A stretch of 64,000 nucleotides of DNA from Rotaria socialis (lineage: Eukaryota), in assembly GCA_905331295.1 (NCBI GenBank), contig CAJNYD010000224.1, positions 1 through 64,000 of the forward strand, given 5' to 3'. How positions within the stretch are numbered: position 1 is the stretch's first letter; each line of letters starts with the position of its first letter. Shown here piece by piece: positions 57,815-64,000 of this stretch. Below the pieces are notes generated by a model. It searched no databases. It had not been told where the DNA came from and saw nothing but the letters and a program-made list of their open reading frames with translations. Position numbers and translations under genes: made by a program.

Positions 57815-58987
57815 ATACGTCCACATTTTTCTTCTATTATTAAAAGGAGAGACCTAACTATCAACAGAGATGAAGCTGTATCGTATGCTAAATAGACCAT
57901 TGATAGTATAGTCCATCACGAAGTACTCTGATGAAATAGCACTGAAATGAAAGATAACGACAAAATGAAAGGCACAATTCTTCTGAGGATTCGATTTTGA
58001 TCGAGTTTCATTTTTGTGCAACGAGACAGATATTTCTCTTGTTGACAGTAATGTGACAAAGAACCGGAAATTCCCAAACAATTAGTAACAATATTATTTC
58101 TCTGATATTGAGAAAAATACAGAGAGAAAGCACGACTTTTGTTTTTGTATAATCAATCATTCGCGAGTATTATAGATGAGTCAATGATACGTAATTTCGC
58201 GCATATAGTAGTGAATCATAAGATTTTCATAATAAGTTGTTCAATAAGTCAAATGGCAATGAATTAGTGTGAAATAAACTCTGTGCACTATACGAAATTC
58301 TTTTAGGTACTGTATGATTATTTATTTGTCACTAAAACAGATCTTTACTGAAAACTACTTGAGGCTAAAAAGAAAGCAGTAACAGATAATTATCAAAATA
58401 CTTGTTTGTATACTTGAAATAAATGCAAAGATAATTATAATTTTCAGTAAATGTCATGCTGAATAGTAGTTAGAAGAAGTGCTTAACAGATAAAAAAAAA
58501 AGAAAGCTAGCACGTTAGCCATTAAACTCTAACAACGTATTATTCATCCATCATTATGAATTCTACAACATAGAAAACATTATCGCTAACCTATTTCTTT
58601 TTTTTCCTTCTATCTTAGAAAACTAATATATAAGAAATGCATATGCGATCAGTTTAAAAGAAAGTTTTGCAAAAAATACTATAAAAAGAAAACAGAATAT
58701 TCCTCCTTCTCTCTTCTTATTCTTCTAATGCAGCAGTTCTTATTAAATTCCATTACGAGATACTTTTTTTCTCATCATTTGTCCTTAACATGCAATAGTA
58801 ATTCAGCTTCTCATGATTATTTCGACTACATTTACACAGTATTTGCTAACAACCCGCTGTAGGAAACTTACGTAGATACGTTTGTTTTTGTCTCACCATG
58901 TATTAAAATTATCCAATTATTCGTTTTAATTAACGACGAAACAAAAGAAACAAAATTTTCTGTTTCATTTTTAGTCTTGATTATAAA

Positions 58988-61126
58988 ATGAATATCGCAG
59001 AATATATTAGTAAGTCAACCAATAATAATCTTTCAATAACTTATCAATACATGTTGACAACAGTTGGAAATTCATTTGTTAAACTTGATTATTTGAATCA
59101 TACTATGAGAAATAATAACAATAATAATAATAGAAGTGACTTTGCTGTGGATTCAGAATATCTTGCAATGTTTCGAAACTTATTGGCAATGGCGTCTAGA
59201 AATCAAACGTCAGACAAACCCTACTCAGATTCACTATCATCGTCGAGAAATAATAAATCTTATGATATTTTGTCAATTTTATCAGTTGGCTTTGTTTTAA
59301 TTGTTAATCCAATTGTGGTAAAAACATTTGAGATAAAAATTAAAAATTGAATGTTTATTTCTTTCTTTTTTGCTGTTCTCTTTAGATTCTATTTGGTGTT
59401 ACTGGTAATCTTTTAGCAACATATATTTTAATACACTGTAATATTGCTAAATTACCGGTTTCATTTTATACCATTATGCTCAATATATCGGATACATTAA
59501 ATTTATTAGTACCAGTTTTTATTTTTTGGCTTGACAATTGTATTAATCGAGCACTAGAACAAGGCTATTTTCGTGATAGATCAAATTGTCTTTGGTGAGT
59601 GTGCTAATCAATATTCTATTGTTTGTTTTTTGTATTGAATACTTTATTGTTTTCTTTCTATTAGTAAAACATTAATGTGCTTTGATCAGTTATTTGCAAC
59701 ATTAAGTGCTTGGTATATGTGTGCGATTTCATTTAATCGTTGGTATTCAGTATGTCGGCCATCATCATATTTTTTTCGTATAACAACATCGAATTTGTGG
59801 GGATCAACATTTGGAACAACAAATAATAATACAAATTATATTAATCGCGAACAGAAAAAGCAATCATCTGGTTCAATAGGAGCACAATCATCTTCACTTT
59901 TCGTACCATTTTGTTTTCCTATGAATTGTTGTTCTTGTTTAACACATAATATCAAAGTTCAACAACATTTACAAGCATTTCGCAGTATTGCTTGTATGAC
60001 TTTACTTGGTATATTATTTTGTCTTTATCCCATTTCTATGAATGAACTTCAACCTTTTGTATCAACAAATAAATATAATTTTGGCTTAGAACATAATAAA
60101 TCTGATAGCGACGCTCCTGTTTGGTATCGATGTTATGTTAATAAACGACATGAGTATGCTTATGATGTTATTGGTATTGTATTATCACTTTTTTTACATA
60201 TATTACCATTAGCATTCGTTGCTGCAATGAATGTAATGATTATAATACGATTAAAACAACGGCAATATCGTATGACTGTTGCATCAAATTTCTTACAAAC
60301 TCAAACATTAACAAAAAAATCAAAACCAATTAATAGTCTAAAAAAAAAGCTCACATATCAATTGAATTCTTTGCCCAAAAGCAATCGTCGTTGCAAAGAA
60401 AGAAATTCAATTCGTTCCCAACCAACATTAATTATTAATAGAAAAGATCAAGCTACATCAACTGATTTATCAATTCAAACATTTCATCTACCAAGTCAAG
60501 CATCAATTAAATCAAATGATATGAAAACACCAAGAAGACATCATTTAAGAGATCGTACAATTACAATTATGCTTGTTAGTGTAGCATTATCTTATTTAAT
60601 ATTAACTCTTCCTTATCGTTTATTTTGGTCATACAACGTTTATTTAAAACGTGTGAAACCAACGATATTACAGTCATCCTTATATTTATCAAAAATGCAT
60701 TATATCGATCATGTTCTTCGTACCATACGTAACATACATTATGGTACAAATTTCGTTTTTTTTATTTTTCTTTCAAAAACGTTTCGTCGTAAGTTTCGAC
60801 AAATATTTATTGAGAAATTTTTTCAAGCAACAAATCGTTTATTTCATCGAGATTCTACTACAATACATACAAATCATATAATTTATTCGAAAAGCAATCG
60901 TCAACGACAATCAAACTTAAAATCAGAAAGGAAACGAAATTCCAAACTAATCTCGGGTGATCAAGTTGTTGGAATAGAATCTTTTTCCAGAATTATATTT
61001 GATGAAATGCCCAGTCTAAATGGTGATGTTCGGATGAAAGAGAATGAAATTATCCCAATCATAGTAATTCAAAGTAATAAACTATCACAATATGATGATG
61101 GATGTGCAATGAATGATATCATTTAA
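58988..61126 (+). CDS. Class A (rhodopsin-like) GPCR, FMRFamide/neuropeptide-receptor-like, 3 exons
   Basis: Exons 58988-59317, 59386-59594, 59665-61126 are phase-consistent. TM1 GVTGN, TM2 ISD, CK before TM3, SFNRWYSVCRP, TM5 ILP...N, TM6 LTLPY, TM7 TNFVFFIFLSKTFR. Confidence 0.9.
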
Positions 61127-61857
61127 TTAAATATTCAATGATTCATGTTGCCGCTTCCGTTTGACTGATTCCTTAAAGAGCCTATTCTTTTTCGACGTCA
61201 TGCAATATGTTCTAGTTGATGTAAAAAGTCTCTCAATAAGTCGTCCTAACATGCCTAATGATTATGTTTATTGTCCTAAATTCATGAAATCTATTTTTTT
61301 TTAAATATTTAATATTAATATCCTAATGTAATAAAATTTGGAATAAATCTTGAATGAAACTAATAAGAATTTAATACTGTATACTCTGAAAAAGAATACA
61401 AGAATTGTTAAAAATGATTTATATTTATTTATAGATTATCAAGTTTATCTGAGAAAAGCATTGAAATGCATGTAGAATTATTCTACAATGCATGATAATT
61501 GAATTGATCTTAGAATTATTTCTTGCGATCTATAATTTGTAAAATACGATATTTCATAATGAAAAACTAAATTCAATAGAAACATATTCTATTCATTTAC
61601 AATCCATAATTAATACCTCGATTTTGTTCGTTAGCTACAAATTGAAATGAGCTGTTGAAGCTTACGTCTCTTGTCACTGATTGTAACAAGCACTTTTATT
61701 CTACGCAGATAGATTTCACTACATTGCTTCATTATACACAAGTGAGCTTGAAGAAAAAAAGAGCAATATGAAAGTAGAACAATCTTAAGATAAGTCAATC
61801 TAGCTGTTGAACTAAAATAAATGTTGTGTTCAATTAGATTGTTTTTTCACATTATTA

Positions 61858-61976
61858 GAGTGTGGGGTGTGGGTTCGGATGTGAATCTCTCCACCAACAC
61901 CACCACCCGCACTAGGATGTGGGTGTGGGTGTTGATCCTGTGTCCAACCGCGTCCGACACCCACACCCACACCCTC
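61858..61976. repeat. ~120-bp palindromic MITE-like element built from TGTGGG/CCCACA units
   Basis: The left end gagtgtggggtgtgggttcggatgtg is an imperfect inverse of the right end cgcgtccgacacccacacccacaccctc. Internal TGTGGG tract at ~61918-61929. Confidence 0.75.
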
Positions 61977-62820
61977 AAGATTCATGAATCGCTGTTCCTA
62001 AAAATACATTATTTTATTTCATTATACATGAAAAGATCAAACAATAGAAAGAAAATATTAGAAAAATATTTACTAAATACGATTTATTTGTTCGAGAAAA
62101 TTGATTTTCTCCGGGGAAAATTTCTGGTCGATTTGAATCCTATTCAAATAGTGTCTTTCAACTAGTGTGATATTATCACTAATGGAACAGATGAAAGAAT
62201 ATTCTAATGCAGTTAATTGAAGTCATAATCTGGAAAAAATTTGCATGTTGGATCAAAGTTTTATAAATCACTTTGAAGTAGTTTTCATGACATTATCATT
62301 AAAAAAAAGAACTACGCAAAAACAACTTTTCTAGATCAAAATATCGTTCTTTCTGCTTATCATAAAGAGCAAAGCACTGACATAAACATGTGTCCAAGTT
62401 GAAGATTTATTTAAGAGAAAGAGAAATTTTGAAACATTCATAATTTTATCTACTAAAATTTTCGAATTAAACGGTCCATGAATCTAAGATTAACATTCAT
62501 ATTTTAATCATATATATTCATTATTTACAACATGATAGAATCTTCCCTATTAATTCTTGATTACAAATGTAACAAAAAGGCTGATTTTTTACTTATCAAA
62601 GAACAGTATATTGTCATTGTCATCATAATTAACATTTTCATTTTTTAAGTATATTCATTATGTTGAATTAATATTTAGGATACGAAAAAAAATTAAGAAA
62701 ATTTAACAGAGAAAATAATATTTCTATAATAGTTAGGTTAGAATGAAAATTGATTAGAAATGTTTTAGAAAGTATGAGTGCAACGTTATATGCGGAAAGC
62801 GTTCTAATTCCATCCGAGGA

Positions 62821-63072
62821 TGTAACGCCCCCGCTCGCGTGTAACCTATACATAATATTTGACCTTATGGTGCCATTTATTCTCATCAAACCTATTTCCT
62901 TTATCGTTCTGTCCTTTATATTTGTCTTTATCTATCCTTCTTCTTCGTTCTCTCAAATGGCTGAGTATTTAAGCGTGTGCTTTATATATAATCGATGCGA
63001 TTTATGATTTGAAGAGTTAAATAAAGTGTAATACCATCAACACAGGCGTCTCTTCTATCTAAAATCGTCACA
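62821..63072 (+). mobile_element. Candidate solo LTR (252 bp)
   Basis: Starts TGTAACG and ends CGTCACA (6/7 inverted). TATA-like motif at 62983-62991, AATAAA at 63020-63025, flanks AGGA/ATGA (3/4 match). Confidence 0.4.
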
Positions 63073-63554
63073 ATGAGTTTCGCATTCGGCAAACATCAAA
63101 GCCACTCGAGTAAAGAATGATTTGGTTAGTTTTTGAAGCGAGAGGATTGCATAATATTAAAGTTAAGTAAATTATGAAAACGGAAAAAAAGATAAAAAAT
63201 GATGACGCTGATGATACCCGTGAAATGAGAGAATTTGACTTGACGGACTTGATGAAAATTTTTAACGCTTTTGATTTGGTTTCCGATTAACAAGACCTTG
63301 TGTGACCTTTGCTATGAGATTTCCTGACTTAATATGTCTCATTAGAGTACTTGGCTGGTTCAATTCTAATCAATGGCCTGCATTCAATCAGCGGATGTAT
63401 ACATTTGTTTGTTTTAATTATAAAAAATAGAATTTTGCCTTTACTAAAATGGTTTCAATACAGTACGATGACTTCTGAAATATTCAAAACATTCGGATTT
63501 AATATTGAGAAAATAGCAGAAGTAGATTCTTGTTGAATAATGAATAGTTTAAAT

Positions 63555-63936
63555 CCATGGCGAGAAACCAGACGGTAAGATCTTACAAGAATCGTACGTT
63601 TGATCATATCTGATCTGATAAGATCAGACGAAAAATCGCACGAAAAATCGTCGTCTCTGATTTCTGACACTAAGTCGTATCAAAAGATTCTTGAAAGGTT
63701 CTGTTACCCATGAAATATCACTGTGATATTTTAATTAGACTAATATCTCCTTAAAATATCACGACAAATTTGTATTGAAAATAAATTGTATGTGCGATCT
63801 TTAAAGAAAATATAGTATGATCTGATGCAAGATTTCAGAGACGACGATCTTTTGTCTGATGCCGATAAGATTTCGTTCGAATTGTGAGATCTGACGTCCG
63901 GATTGCAAGATCTTACGTCAGATTTTTCGACCTGGG
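63555..63936. mobile_element. MITE family A, copy 2 (AT flanks)
   Basis: Colinear and highly similar to 46202-46572, with an extra 12-bp internal duplication (acgaaaaatcgc). AT lies on both sides. Confidence 0.88.
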
Positions 63937-64000
63937 ATGAGAAACAAAACTGTATGTTCTCATATACAAAGACTTTACAAGATGATCCTTCGAAATATTT

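Noticed and set aside
1..64000. CRISPR arrays, operons, rRNA or tRNA genes, clearly bacterial intronless genes
   Set aside because: None recognised by eye; the window is intron-rich animal DNA. tRNAscan and Infernal were not run.

Overview
AT-rich eukaryotic (animal) genomic DNA with many short (~45-100 nt) GT-AG introns. Composition, intron size and TGTGGG repeats suggest a bdelloid rotifer (inference, not proven). Gene models built by hand from splice-phase-compatible exons: centlein-like (-); a head-to-head K/E/A-rich intrinsically disordered protein (+); a secreted DNase I-family enzyme (-); a ~17 kb supervillin (-); CRTC/TORC (-); an orphan C-terminal-TM protein (+); a MITE-interrupted unknown gene or pseudogene (+); secernin (+); an 88-aa single-pass membrane protein (+); and a class A neuropeptide-type GPCR (+). 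Repeats include a two-copy MITE, an 8-bp-TSD MITE, a HINE-like element, a candidate solo LTR, a TGTGGG palindrome and a 503-bp duplication at an N that is probably an assembly artefact. Most notable: intronic candidate first exons give supervillin MG..C (lipidation-type) N-termini; the DNase I keeps its catalytic residues but lacks both minor-groove residues and has a ~31-aa insert; the charge-blocked disordered protein is a chromatin-binding candidate; an RFX X-box lies upstream of centlein. Family assignments are from recalled motifs; no database searches were run.
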